A DNA stretch of 52,261 nt, taken from a virus (taxonomy: Duplodnaviria; Caudoviricetes). A model generated the notes under the pieces. That model was not told the origin of the DNA and did not search any database. It saw nothing but the letters and a program-made list of their open reading frames with translations. How positions within the stretch are numbered: the first letter of the stretch is position 1; the number at the start of each line of letters is the position of its first letter. The stretch lies in IMG/VR virus record IMGVR_UViG_3300005804_000108, positions 1 to 52,261 of that record; one strand, written 5' to 3'. Shown piece after piece: positions 19,066 through 27,167 of this stretch. The position numbers were made by a program, and so were the translations under genes.

Positions 19066-19582
19066 CCGTCCTTTCCAGTTTTAACGTGTAATCGATGAGG
19101 GTGAGGTAGTTTTCGACGATTTGCCGGACTGTCCAGTGGGGTCGACCAGGGTCGGGCGTTCCGGCGCCGGGCAGAACTTCTGCACCGGTTTCTGGATCAC
19201 GATCTCCGGCGTCGTCGCGGCGCAACCCGCGAGCATTAAAATAATCAGTAACATCAGATAAAATCTTTTCATCGCTTGCCTCCAATGTGAATTCAGCTTT
19301 GATGGTCCGGATCTCCGTGCGCAGGACCTCGGTCGTCGATCCGATATAGTGTTGTTCGGCCTGGGTCTTCTGTGCCGACTTGATTGCAACCTGATAATCG
19401 GCGATCTGGCCGCGGGCGTCCGCCAGTTCCTTGTCCTGGGCTAGGATTGTGGCCGCCATTTTCGCGGCGATGATTTCCTGGGCCTTCAATGTCGATCGCT
19501 GCCAGAGATACAGCCCGCCCATAGACGCAACCAGTAACGCCATAACAATGAGCGCGATATTTTTTGGATTGAGATATGCCAT
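19031..19582 (-). CDS. Inner-membrane spanin (Rz-like)
   Basis: N-terminal TM followed by coiled coil; downstream of endolysin. Confidence 0.7.
   Translation of the reverse strand: MAYLNPKNIALIVMALLVASMGGLYLWQRSTLKAQEIIAAKMAATILAQDKELADARGQIADYQVAIKSAQKTQAEQHYIGSTTEVLRTEIRTIKAEFTLEASDEKILSDVTDYFNARGLRRDDAGDRDPETGAEVLPGAGTPDPGRPHWTVRQIVENYLTLIDYTLKLERTVECYGPGNSEK
19081..19272 (-). CDS. Outer-membrane spanin (Rz1-like), embedded in Rz
   Basis: Alternate frame MKRFYLMLLIILMLAGC lipobox, Pro-rich CPAPERP; GGAGG SD before ATG 19272. Confidence 0.75.
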   Translation of the reverse strand: MKRFYLMLLIILMLAGCAATTPEIVIQKPVQKFCPAPERPTLVDPTGQSGKSSKTTSPSSITR

Positions 19583-19659
19583 TGTTATCTCCTCTTTTTT
19601 CGTTTCTGCCGTTTGGCCTTCCTTGCCGCTTCTTTGCGACGGTATGTCCCGGTTTTCAT

Positions 19660-20226
19660 TTACGCCTCAAATTCAAACAGATGCCGCTCGACTGAATCGA
19701 CGCGGTTCAACCAGCCGTTTAAAAATTTTCTCAATTTCGGATTTTGCTCTACATAGCCGATGTATTGCTGCTTTCTGCGGCGGAGCATGGTATCGGCCAC
19801 CCGGTAGGCCGAATCACGCATACTGAGCGCGTAAAGCGTTTGCTGGCCAATAACGCCATCAGGTTTGACGTTCAGAGCATCCTGCAGAAGTCGCGCGGCT
19901 GTTTTATGGCCTGAATTTACGGACACATCAAACAACACATAGGCAATCTGCGCGGGAATCTCCCGCATCGGGAACTTGTCCCAGAAATACTTTTTATAAA
20001 TCGGCGCGGATTTTTCCGGATCCATTTTGCGGATGTCGTCGATATCGACGTCTCCGTCTTTATCCAGGTCGCCCAGGTCGTAATCACCGGTCCCCTGCAG
20101 GAAGCGGAGACTTATCCCGCAATTGGTTGCGCCGCCCGGATCTTCCGGAATGTTGTTAAAACCGCCTTCTGATTTCAGAAGGAATGCCAGTGATTTTTGA
20201 AAGTCTTGTTCGTTGGCCATAATCAT
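19660..20226 (-). CDS. Endolysin, glycoside hydrolase family 108 with PG-binding domain
   Basis: EGGF.N.P.DPGGATN.GIS; FDVSVNSG; DGVIG..T; FLNGWLNRV; EF-hand-like insert DLDKDGDVDIDD. Confidence 0.9.
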   Translation of the reverse strand: MIMANEQDFQKSLAFLLKSEGGFNNIPEDPGGATNCGISLRFLQGTGDYDLGDLDKDGDVDIDDIRKMDPEKSAPIYKKYFWDKFPMREIPAQIAYVLFDVSVNSGHKTAARLLQDALNVKPDGVIGQQTLYALSMRDSAYRVADTMLRRRKQQYIGYVEQNPKLRKFLNGWLNRVDSVERHLFEFEA

Positions 20227-20579
20227 TTACCGCCGTTCTTTCCTATTCTACGTTCCAGGGTTTCCACCTTGTCCGCTGTCGTTTTGGTTGTGGACTCGAT
20301 TTTTTCCAGGCTGGTCTTGATGTAGTAAAATGCCGTCTCCAACTGGGCGATGCGGACTTCCTGGGCGGAATTCTTGGCCGCCTGTTCTTTGATGATATCC
20401 GCCTGTTCTCTGCGGTCCGTCTGAATTTGGCTGTATACAACCGTAACAAAGCCGACCAGCAAAACACCGATCGCACTCAACAGGATTGCAACAAACAGGC
20501 TGTTTCGGACGGGCGGATCAGCCTGCTTGCTCTCGATCGTCATGGTACAGTCACCGCCATCATTTCGCCGTGTGGTCAT
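20223..20579 (-). CDS. Single-TM coiled-coil protein (holin/antiholin-like)
   Basis: TM plus coiled coil immediately upstream of endolysin. Confidence 0.5.
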   Translation of the reverse strand: MTTRRNDGGDCTMTIESKQADPPVRNSLFVAILLSAIGVLLVGFVTVVYSQIQTDRREQADIIKEQAAKNSAQEVRIAQLETAFYYIKTSLEKIESTTKTTADKVETLERRIGKNGGK

Positions 20580-20603
20580 TGTCCAGTGCCTTTCGTGGTT
20601 TTA

Positions 20604-20631
20604 ATATAGGCGGGCTATAAACCCGCCTATA
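20604..20631 (-). terminator. Hairpin after major capsid gene
   Basis: ATATAGGCGGG-CTATAAA-CCCGCCTATAT inverted repeat. Confidence 0.55.
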
Positions 20632-20660
20632 TCTTGAAGTTAATCAGCTCCGTTTAACCA

Positions 20661-21632
20661 TCACGGATCGATGATATTCCCCAGCAGGTAACCCGCTTTC
20701 TGGAAAATGAAAGCTTCATCGACGTTATTTCGGACACGGTAAACCGTGCTGCGTGCTTTTTCCTCCCGGTATTGCTCGGTCACAAGCATATCCGGGCTGT
20801 CTTCAGTCCAGAGGAAGGTCCGGCCGAGGCAGGGCTCGCGCAGATCCGGACCGCCATTCGATACTTTGGCCAGCAGGACGTATTCATCATCCCAGATGTC
20901 TGCGATGACTGCGGCCTGGCCTTTTTTCGCGCCGTCCTTGATGGCGTTACCGACGAGGATGCGGTCTACACCGAAATACTGAGCAAGCAGGCGGCGCTGG
21001 GCTTCTTCTCCGCCGACTTCGATCGGGTTTGTGTAACGGAAAGCATCCATGATTTCTTTGGTAAGCATGACGGCATCAAAGACAGCTTTTGCCATTGCAA
21101 GGACGTTCGGCGTAAGTCCGCTTGCTGCCCGCATAGCCGTTTTTGCCGTAGTGACATCTTTGCGGGGAGTTGCGCTGGCGGACGTGTTCCATGCAACGCT
21201 GACATTGCTGGTTCCCGTGATATTGCTTGTACTCATGAGCTTTGCGGCAACACGAGATTCACGGGCTCTCAAAATGACATCGACGGCCCGTTTTGCGGCA
21301 ACTTCCTCCGCGTCGAAAAATCTGCGGTACATTGCCGCTTCGGAATCGTCCAGAAGCTCTTCCCAGCCGCGGTCCTTGCAGATATAATTACCATCTTTAA
21401 ACTGATAATCGCTGCGATTATAATTTCCGCGCGGAGCTCTTTCTGTTTCCTGGATTTTAAGAAACGCCTCCAGGGGAATGACAGGATACGTTCCAGTCTG
21501 CAGACTGGTTTCGAAAATGGGCAGCAATTCGCCGGCAATATATCCAAGTTCGGATGCCGCTTCGGAATATTCATAGGCGATTGCCCCGAGATCGGGGCGC
21601 TGAAGCGTGGTTGACGGTGTAGGTCTGGGCAT
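20661..21632 (-). CDS. Major capsid protein (lambda E-like, HK97 fold)
   Basis: Position after decoration gene, strong AAGGAGG SD; GLTPNVLAM, LAQYFGVDRILVG, PCLGRTF patterns. Confidence 0.88.
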   Translation of the reverse strand: MPRPTPSTTLQRPDLGAIAYEYSEAASELGYIAGELLPIFETSLQTGTYPVIPLEAFLKIQETERAPRGNYNRSDYQFKDGNYICKDRGWEELLDDSEAAMYRRFFDAEEVAAKRAVDVILRARESRVAAKLMSTSNITGTSNVSVAWNTSASATPRKDVTTAKTAMRAASGLTPNVLAMAKAVFDAVMLTKEIMDAFRYTNPIEVGGEEAQRRLLAQYFGVDRILVGNAIKDGAKKGQAAVIADIWDDEYVLLAKVSNGGPDLREPCLGRTFLWTEDSPDMLVTEQYREEKARSTVYRVRNNVDEAFIFQKAGYLLGNIIDP

Positions 21633-21691
21633 TGTTTATTTCCTCCTTGTTAATTTTTATGTGTTCCGGTTTTTGCCCGGACGGTTAATGG

Positions 21692-22663
21692 TTAAGATGT
21701 GACAAGTTTTTTCTTGTATTCAAGCCATACGGACGACATGGACATGGTGTCTGTGGTATGGGCTACAGGCGTCAGGGACAACGTCAATGTCTGCGCTCCA
21801 GACGGAACATCGGCGGCAGCAATGGTAGTGATTTTTTCCGCCCAGGTTGTGGTCTGGTTGGTTTCCGATGTGTCGGTGACTTTTGTATCGCCCTCATCAA
21901 ACCAGCTGTCGACTGTGAATCCAACGGCATTGGTTGTGCCGCCGCTCTTGATGCGCGTATGGACAACAAGGTCCGCCGTGTCGTCAAGGTCGGGCGGAAG
22001 CGGAATTTGAACGGCAACCGGGTCATTGTTACTGGCTGCCCATTCCAGGATCTGAGCGCCGTCCGTACCGCCATTGATGGGCTTTAAGATGGGCGTAGTA
22101 TCGCTGGCCAGAAGGCCGCCATTTGCCGCTGCATTTCCCACCGCCATGGATGATACTTCACGCAGGTTCATCAGAGAAATAGGCAGGAATGACTGCGCGG
22201 ACACAAGTACCTGATAAATTTCCTGCAAGGCCGCTTCCACTGTTGCCGTCGACGTAAATCCGCCGGCATCAGCAATGGAAACGGTTCCCGCCGTCGAAGA
22301 CTGAACGTTATACGGTGCGACTTCGATCAGATCGCCGTCCGCGGTTGCTGCTTCCACGGCCTGGCCGATTGCAGATCCGGACGATGCATCGGAAATTTTA
22401 CCGCTGGCGGCACCGTATACGCTTGCTCCCTGGGTAATGGCTTTTGACGCGATCATTTCATGTGTTCCGGGATAGGTGCGCAGTTTAACGGCAACCAGTT
22501 CGCCATCGGCTACCTGATACTGCGCAACGCCTACATGCTGTTCGCCGACGCCGGCCAGTTCCACCTGGGGCGGCGTGATTGTTGATCCCGCCGTCAGTTT
22601 GACGCGGGCTTTATTGGTAATGGCCCCGTTGGCCGTAAAAGTTCTGATTCCTTCACTTTCCAT
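21692..22663 (-). CDS. Capsid decoration/cement protein with extra C-terminal domain
   Basis: N-terminal AITQGASVYGAASGK...AIGQAVEAATADGDLIEV (DUF2190-like); ATG 22663 with AGGAGG SD. Confidence 0.7.
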   Translation of the reverse strand: MESEGIRTFTANGAITNKARVKLTAGSTITPPQVELAGVGEQHVGVAQYQVADGELVAVKLRTYPGTHEMIASKAITQGASVYGAASGKISDASSGSAIGQAVEAATADGDLIEVAPYNVQSSTAGTVSIADAGGFTSTATVEAALQEIYQVLVSAQSFLPISLMNLREVSSMAVGNAAANGGLLASDTTPILKPINGGTDGAQILEWAASNNDPVAVQIPLPPDLDDTADLVVHTRIKSGGTTNAVGFTVDSWFDEGDTKVTDTSETNQTTTWAEKITTIAAADVPSGAQTLTLSLTPVAHTTDTMSMSSVWLEYKKKLVTS

Positions 22664-22717
22664 CTTATTTTCCTCCTTTTTCGGGCATTGAAACCGCGAC
22701 ACCGCGCGGGTTAATGA

Positions 22718-23236
22718 TTAGTTTTTCTTATCCGGATTGACGCTGGCGATGTACTTTTCATGAAGTTCCGGTTTTGAGGCCGCTATAGCCTTGATGGCTG
22801 CGCTTCGTGTACACTTCTTTTCTTCCTGATATTTTTCGACCTCAACCATGAAGGGATGCGTGCCGTCCGCGGTTTCTTTCTCTTTCGGTTTCTCCAGCGT
22901 CTCCGTTGCGGCCGTCTTTAGATTTTTAAGCGGGGCGGCGTCGGCTTCGGCGTCTTTTCCGGCCTGGACGCGGATGTTCTTTTCCGCAGCAACGATCTGC
23001 AAGGCCACATCACCGGCGGTCTTGCTCTGATCCTTGATGGCGGATTCGATGATGGATTCATGGCCGGGCACCGCCAGTGCCATGATGTCCGTGATCCGCT
23101 TCTGTTCGGCGGCCGCGCTTTCGGCGCGGGCCGTTGCGACTGTTTTATCCGCGTCAGCTCTTACTTCCTGCCGGCCGATTTCCACAGCGGCCTGAAATAC
23201 CTCGGGATGGTCTTTTTTCAGTTGTTCTAAATTCAT
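22718..23236 (-). CDS. Nested scaffolding protein (Nu3-like internal start)
   Basis: In-frame internal ATG (MNLEQLKKDHPE) preceded by AGGAGG. Confidence 0.6.
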   Translation of the reverse strand: MNLEQLKKDHPEVFQAAVEIGRQEVRADADKTVATARAESAAAEQKRITDIMALAVPGHESIIESAIKDQSKTAGDVALQIVAAEKNIRVQAGKDAEADAAPLKNLKTAATETLEKPKEKETADGTHPFMVEVEKYQEEKKCTRSAAIKAIAASKPELHEKYIASVNPDKKN

Positions 23237-24115
23237 GATGGATTGATCCTCCTGTGCGTTGTATTTTGGTTTGTTCGGCGCACCGGCCGACATGGTATTG
23301 ATCAATTGGCCGTAAGTGGAAACACCGTCCACCAGGCCAATATCAACAGCTTTCTTTCCGATGAAGATTTTACCGTCCGCCATCTTTAGGGCATCTTCCT
23401 CGCTGATATTGCGGTTGCGGGCGACTTCGCCCACGAAAACACTGTATAGGTGATCGACCTGATCCTGGATGTAGGCGCGGCCATCTGTGGACAGGGGTTC
23501 ATGACTGGAGGCGATGCGCTTATATTTGCCGGCGGTGATCTCTGTCCACTTTTCGCCCCATTGTTCGTCTTGTTTGGAGTAGTCGACATGCGTGGCCACA
23601 ACGCCGATGGAGCCGACATCGACGGTATCGCCGGCGATATAGATTTTATCGGCTGCAGAGGCGACCCAGTAGGCGGCGGAGGCGATCATTCCATCCGACC
23701 AAGCGATGACTTCTTTTTCGCCTTTTTCGTTGCGGATGACGGCGGCCAGATCCTGCGTTCCGGCAACGGTACCGCCAGGGCTGTCGATGCGGAGCATGAC
23801 GGCTTTGACCTGCGGATCGGCAACGGCAGCGCGAAACGCCTGGGCGATCATGGGCATGGACGAACCGCCAAACAGCCAGGACAGGAAAGACATGCTTTTG
23901 GTAAGAACGCCGGATATGTCGATAACGGCAACGCCGTTGTCGATTTCATAAAGTTTGTCGGTTTCGATTCCGCGCTGCGGGATGTTGATGCGGGCCTCGA
24001 TGGCCTTCCAGTCGATTTTATCGCCGCGGAAATGGGTGGAGTAAATGGTCTGAATTTCTTTGAGGCGTTGCGGGGCAATGGCCCAGGCTGCATTCAAGAT
24101 ATCAAGTATTTTCAT
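22718..24115 (-). CDS. Head maturation protease (S49/SppA) fused to scaffold
   Basis: IDSPGGTV, ASAAYWVASAAD, GSIGVV, AGKYK motifs. Confidence 0.9.
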   Translation of the reverse strand: MKILDILNAAWAIAPQRLKEIQTIYSTHFRGDKIDWKAIEARINIPQRGIETDKLYEIDNGVAVIDISGVLTKSMSFLSWLFGGSSMPMIAQAFRAAVADPQVKAVMLRIDSPGGTVAGTQDLAAVIRNEKGEKEVIAWSDGMIASAAYWVASAADKIYIAGDTVDVGSIGVVATHVDYSKQDEQWGEKWTEITAGKYKRIASSHEPLSTDGRAYIQDQVDHLYSVFVGEVARNRNISEEDALKMADGKIFIGKKAVDIGLVDGVSTYGQLINTMSAGAPNKPKYNAQEDQSIMNLEQLKKDHPEVFQAAVEIGRQEVRADADKTVATARAESAAAEQKRITDIMALAVPGHESIIESAIKDQSKTAGDVALQIVAAEKNIRVQAGKDAEADAAPLKNLKTAATETLEKPKEKETADGTHPFMVEVEKYQEEKKCTRSAAIKAIAASKPELHEKYIASVNPDKKN

Positions 24116-25745
24116 TTTTGCCTCCGTTTTCGGCGTCATCGTCGTCCTGCTTTGCGGGCGGCACTACCGGTTTTTCTGCGGGTTGCGGTTTGTTCTGGAC
24201 GGGTTGCCACAGGCCGATTTCCTGCAGGGCCTTGCGTTCTTTGGCGATGCGCGGCAGGTTCTTTTCGAAATCGCCGCCGGTGATGAGGGTTGTTTCTTCG
24301 TCGAGGGGGCTGAGACCCAGGTTGATGCGTTTTTCGGCGGCGTCGATATCTTTGGCCGGATCGATGTATCCGGGAGCGTCGCCCACCCAGACGGCGCCGC
24401 AATATGCTTTGCGGATCAGCGGATCCTTGAAAAATCCGGGCGCGGACAGGCGGCCGGCGGAAATGGCATCCCATAAAAACACTTCGTAGATGGGCTGGCA
24501 CATGTAATCGGCAAGCCAGGTGCGGCGGCCACGGAAGAAACGCCAGGCTTCCAGAAGCGCCGCCCTCGATGCGGAGTAGGACGATGAGAAGTGGCGGACG
24601 ATGATCTCATAGGGAATTTCGAGGGCGGCGCCGATCTGCTGCAAAATGGCGGTGACAAACGGGTCAAAATTGGCGTTCGGACGCTTGGGATCAGCGACTT
24701 CGATGCTTTCTCCATTGTTAAGAGCAAGCACGGATCCGGCTGCCAACTTAAGATCCTTATCGGATGTTTTTGCTCCGGTTTCCTGGCCAAGATTGGCATT
24801 GTCAAATCCGGGAATCGCTCCCTTTTCCGACTTTATAAAAACGGTGAACATGGAACTGATGACGGCGGCCATGATTTCGGCTTCGGTGTAGCGGTCCAGC
24901 TGCTTGAGCGGTTCGATAATCGGTGCCAGATACGGGACGCCGCGGCTCTGGCCGGCGCGTAGCGGGCGAAACAAGTGGATCAGGTTCGGCAGGCCTGTCT
25001 TTACTCCGAACGCATCGATCTTTGACCAGGTATATTTGCCCTTGCTGACGATCATGGACCCGGGATGATGGTCCAGAATGTGATATCGAACAGGCGCGCC
25101 ATTCTCGTCTTTTTCAACGCCTTCAACAAGTTTTTCCGTATTGCGGGCGTTGTTTTCGTTGCAGAGCCGGTCGGCTTCAATCAGATGGAGTTTCAGCTTG
25201 TAGGGCGATCCGACCCGGTCGATACGCGGGAACGCGATTAATACATCACCGTTTTCGAGAGTCTGGCGAAAAGTTAGCTCCTGCAGCTGGGACATCTTCC
25301 ACTGCCTGCCGCGATCGCATTCGATGGATTCCGCCCAGAGACGATATTCGCGTTCGGCAGCATCTTCCCAGGCATCGGCCTGTTCGTCGGACATGTTCAG
25401 TGTTTTGCGATCGATGCGGGATTGCAGTTTAAGACCGGTGCCGACGACGTTGGTCAGGCAGGTGGAGACGGCGCCGACGGCAATAGGCGCATTGCGGCAT
25501 AAATCGCGGCTGCGTTCGCGTAAGAGTTTCAGATCATACAGGATGTCGGTATCGGCGTCGCCGGTGGAGGTCTTCCAGGCGGACGTGGCTCGGCGGGTAC
25601 GGGATGCGCCGATGTAAGACCCGACCATGGCCATCACCTGGCGGGCAAAAAGGCGGCGGGCGGCGCGCTGCGGTGCGAAATATTCGATTGCCCGATCGAT
25701 AATGTTCGGCTGCTGTTTTGTTAATGTGCGCGGAACTTCTCTCAT
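24102..25745 (-). CDS. Portal protein, lambda family
   Basis: LRERSRDLCRN, VVGTGLKLQS, GQSRGVPYLAP, SYSASRAALLE, IDPAKD. Confidence 0.93.
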   Translation of the reverse strand: MREVPRTLTKQQPNIIDRAIEYFAPQRAARRLFARQVMAMVGSYIGASRTRRATSAWKTSTGDADTDILYDLKLLRERSRDLCRNAPIAVGAVSTCLTNVVGTGLKLQSRIDRKTLNMSDEQADAWEDAAEREYRLWAESIECDRGRQWKMSQLQELTFRQTLENGDVLIAFPRIDRVGSPYKLKLHLIEADRLCNENNARNTEKLVEGVEKDENGAPVRYHILDHHPGSMIVSKGKYTWSKIDAFGVKTGLPNLIHLFRPLRAGQSRGVPYLAPIIEPLKQLDRYTEAEIMAAVISSMFTVFIKSEKGAIPGFDNANLGQETGAKTSDKDLKLAAGSVLALNNGESIEVADPKRPNANFDPFVTAILQQIGAALEIPYEIIVRHFSSSYSASRAALLEAWRFFRGRRTWLADYMCQPIYEVFLWDAISAGRLSAPGFFKDPLIRKAYCGAVWVGDAPGYIDPAKDIDAAEKRINLGLSPLDEETTLITGGDFEKNLPRIAKERKALQEIGLWQPVQNKPQPAEKPVVPPAKQDDDDAENGGKNENT

Positions 25746-25969
25746 ACTGGCGTCGCTCCATAGATTTTAATCCCGCCGGTTGCGCTGGCGGAGCTGATTT
25801 CTTTGACTTTGGCATCCCAGTAATCGATGTTCTCGCGGATCTCGCGCGCGTTGGCCCGGGTGAGGCTGCGGCCACCGATGGTGTAAGACTGTCCGGAAGC
25901 AACAGCAGCATCCGCCGCCAACCATAAGGCTAATTGTGTTTCTGCTTGTGCTAAGGTGATTCCTGGCAT
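25742..25969 (-). CDS. Head-tail adaptor (gpW-like)
   Basis: GQSYTIGGRSLTRANA motif directly upstream of portal. Confidence 0.8.
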   Translation of the reverse strand: MPGITLAQAETQLALWLAADAAVASGQSYTIGGRSLTRANAREIRENIDYWDAKVKEISSASATGGIKIYGATPV

Positions 25970-26031
25970 GTATCCCCCTTAAATTCGCAGGCAGGATACA
26001 CCCGGTTTTTTTTCGAAAATGCGTTTTCCGG

Positions 26032-26095
26032 CAATTTTGGGTCAATTTTGGGTCAGTTTTGTGTCAACTTTATATCAACTTGCCATGAACTTTTT
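26032..26095. repeat. Six degenerate 11-bp direct repeats upstream of the head operon
   Basis: CAATTTTGGGT CAATTTTGGGT CAGTTTTGTGT CAACTTTATAT CAACTTGCCAT GAACTTTTT. Confidence 0.75.
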
Positions 26096-26151
26096 CTTGA
26101 CAGGGTTTAATAAATGGGTGGGGAAATGTTAAAGGTGGACTCACCAGGGAT

Positions 26152-26178
26152 AAAAAAAGGCCGGCATGAAGCCGGCCT
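26152..26178 (-). terminator. Rho-independent terminator
   Basis: Minus strand AGGCCGGC-TTCAT-GCCGGCCT-TTTTTT. Confidence 0.75.
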
Positions 26179-26182
26179 GATT

Positions 26183-26404
26183 TTATTCTATCCATCCGGG
26201 GAAAGAATTATTGTTTTTATGTCTATATCGTGAGACGCACGCTTTGCAATATTCTTCGCGATAGCATTCCCAAGGATATACAAAAACAGAATTACTATCA
26301 CTCATTTCCCTGTCACAATATAGGGAGTGCATGCCACAATAAACATTATCATAGGCGATATGGATAATTTTACTTTTTTTATGCCTTATAAATATTTCAT
26401 TCAT
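26183..26404 (-). CDS. Small Cys-rich AT-rich hypothetical protein
   Basis: ORF with LYC...CKAC. Confidence 0.5.
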   Translation of the reverse strand: MNEIFIRHKKSKIIHIAYDNVYCGMHSLYCDREMSDSNSVFVYPWECYREEYCKACVSRYRHKNNNSFPGWIE

Positions 26405-26410
26405 TTTTTA

Positions 26411-26800
26411 TTACGTTTTCTCGGTACCACTGGGGGCATCTTCATATCTTTTTCTTATTTTAATCATCAAATCATTAGATGCACACTCTCGGCACTTCAT
26501 TTTTTTTCTTGGATCACTGGATTTAATATTTCTCTTGTGACCACATTCCAAAGTGGCCATATAAATTTCTCTTGTACATTTCGCCTTAATTATTATGTAC
26601 TGTGGTACATCCTTATCATATTCAACGTTTCTAAAATATCCACCATCAGGAACATTCTGAAGCCCCTTTCTTATATATGGGACGTCAAAACTATCAGCAC
26701 AGTCATCTTGGTCTAAGAAATATTCAAATTCTTGTATGCTTGTTTCCTTAATCCATTCCCGTTTAACAATTTTTTTTGTATATTTATATTTACTATTCAT
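26411..26800 (-). CDS. AT-rich hypothetical protein with zinc motif
   Basis: LECGH...CREC. Confidence 0.55.
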   Translation of the reverse strand: MNSKYKYTKKIVKREWIKETSIQEFEYFLDQDDCADSFDVPYIRKGLQNVPDGGYFRNVEYDKDVPQYIIIKAKCTREIYMATLECGHKRNIKSSDPRKKMKCRECASNDLMIKIRKRYEDAPSGTEKT

Positions 26801-26831
26801 AGTATATTCCTATATTATTTCATTTAATAAT

Positions 26832-27167
26832 TCAAGTGCTTCCGTTACTCCCACTTTCGATCACATCATCAGATGCGCCTTTATAGGACACGCGGGTGAA
26901 TGTTTTAAAAAAATCGTTGATGTTGTCTCTGTGGGCAATATGAGTCCTGTTGATTATCCTGCAGGGGAGGCCCATTTTAACCCACTGACTAAAATTATAT
27001 TCTGACCAATCATAGACGGACATGATTTCATTTTTATTTAAAAAAATACCATCACGCACTTGGCGCTTGAGCTGCTCGATCAGCGCGTCCTGCTCGCGGA
27101 TGCGTTCCTGCAGGCCCGCGATCGTCTGCAGATAGGTTTTTTCGGTTTCCTTCGGATCACCCGCCAT
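26832..27167 (-). CDS. Coiled-coil plus MerR/Xis-like HTH protein
   Basis: NKNEIMSVYDWSEYNFSQWVKMGLPCRII; coupled to terL. Confidence 0.55.
   Translation of the reverse strand: MAGDPKETEKTYLQTIAGLQERIREQDALIEQLKRQVRDGIFLNKNEIMSVYDWSEYNFSQWVKMGLPCRIINRTHIAHRDNINDFFKTFTRVSYKGASDDVIESGSNGST

Noticed and set aside
26032-26095. CRISPR array (also the repeats at 44829-45110)
   Set aside because: Repeats are 8-11 bp with no unique spacers, and there are no cas genes
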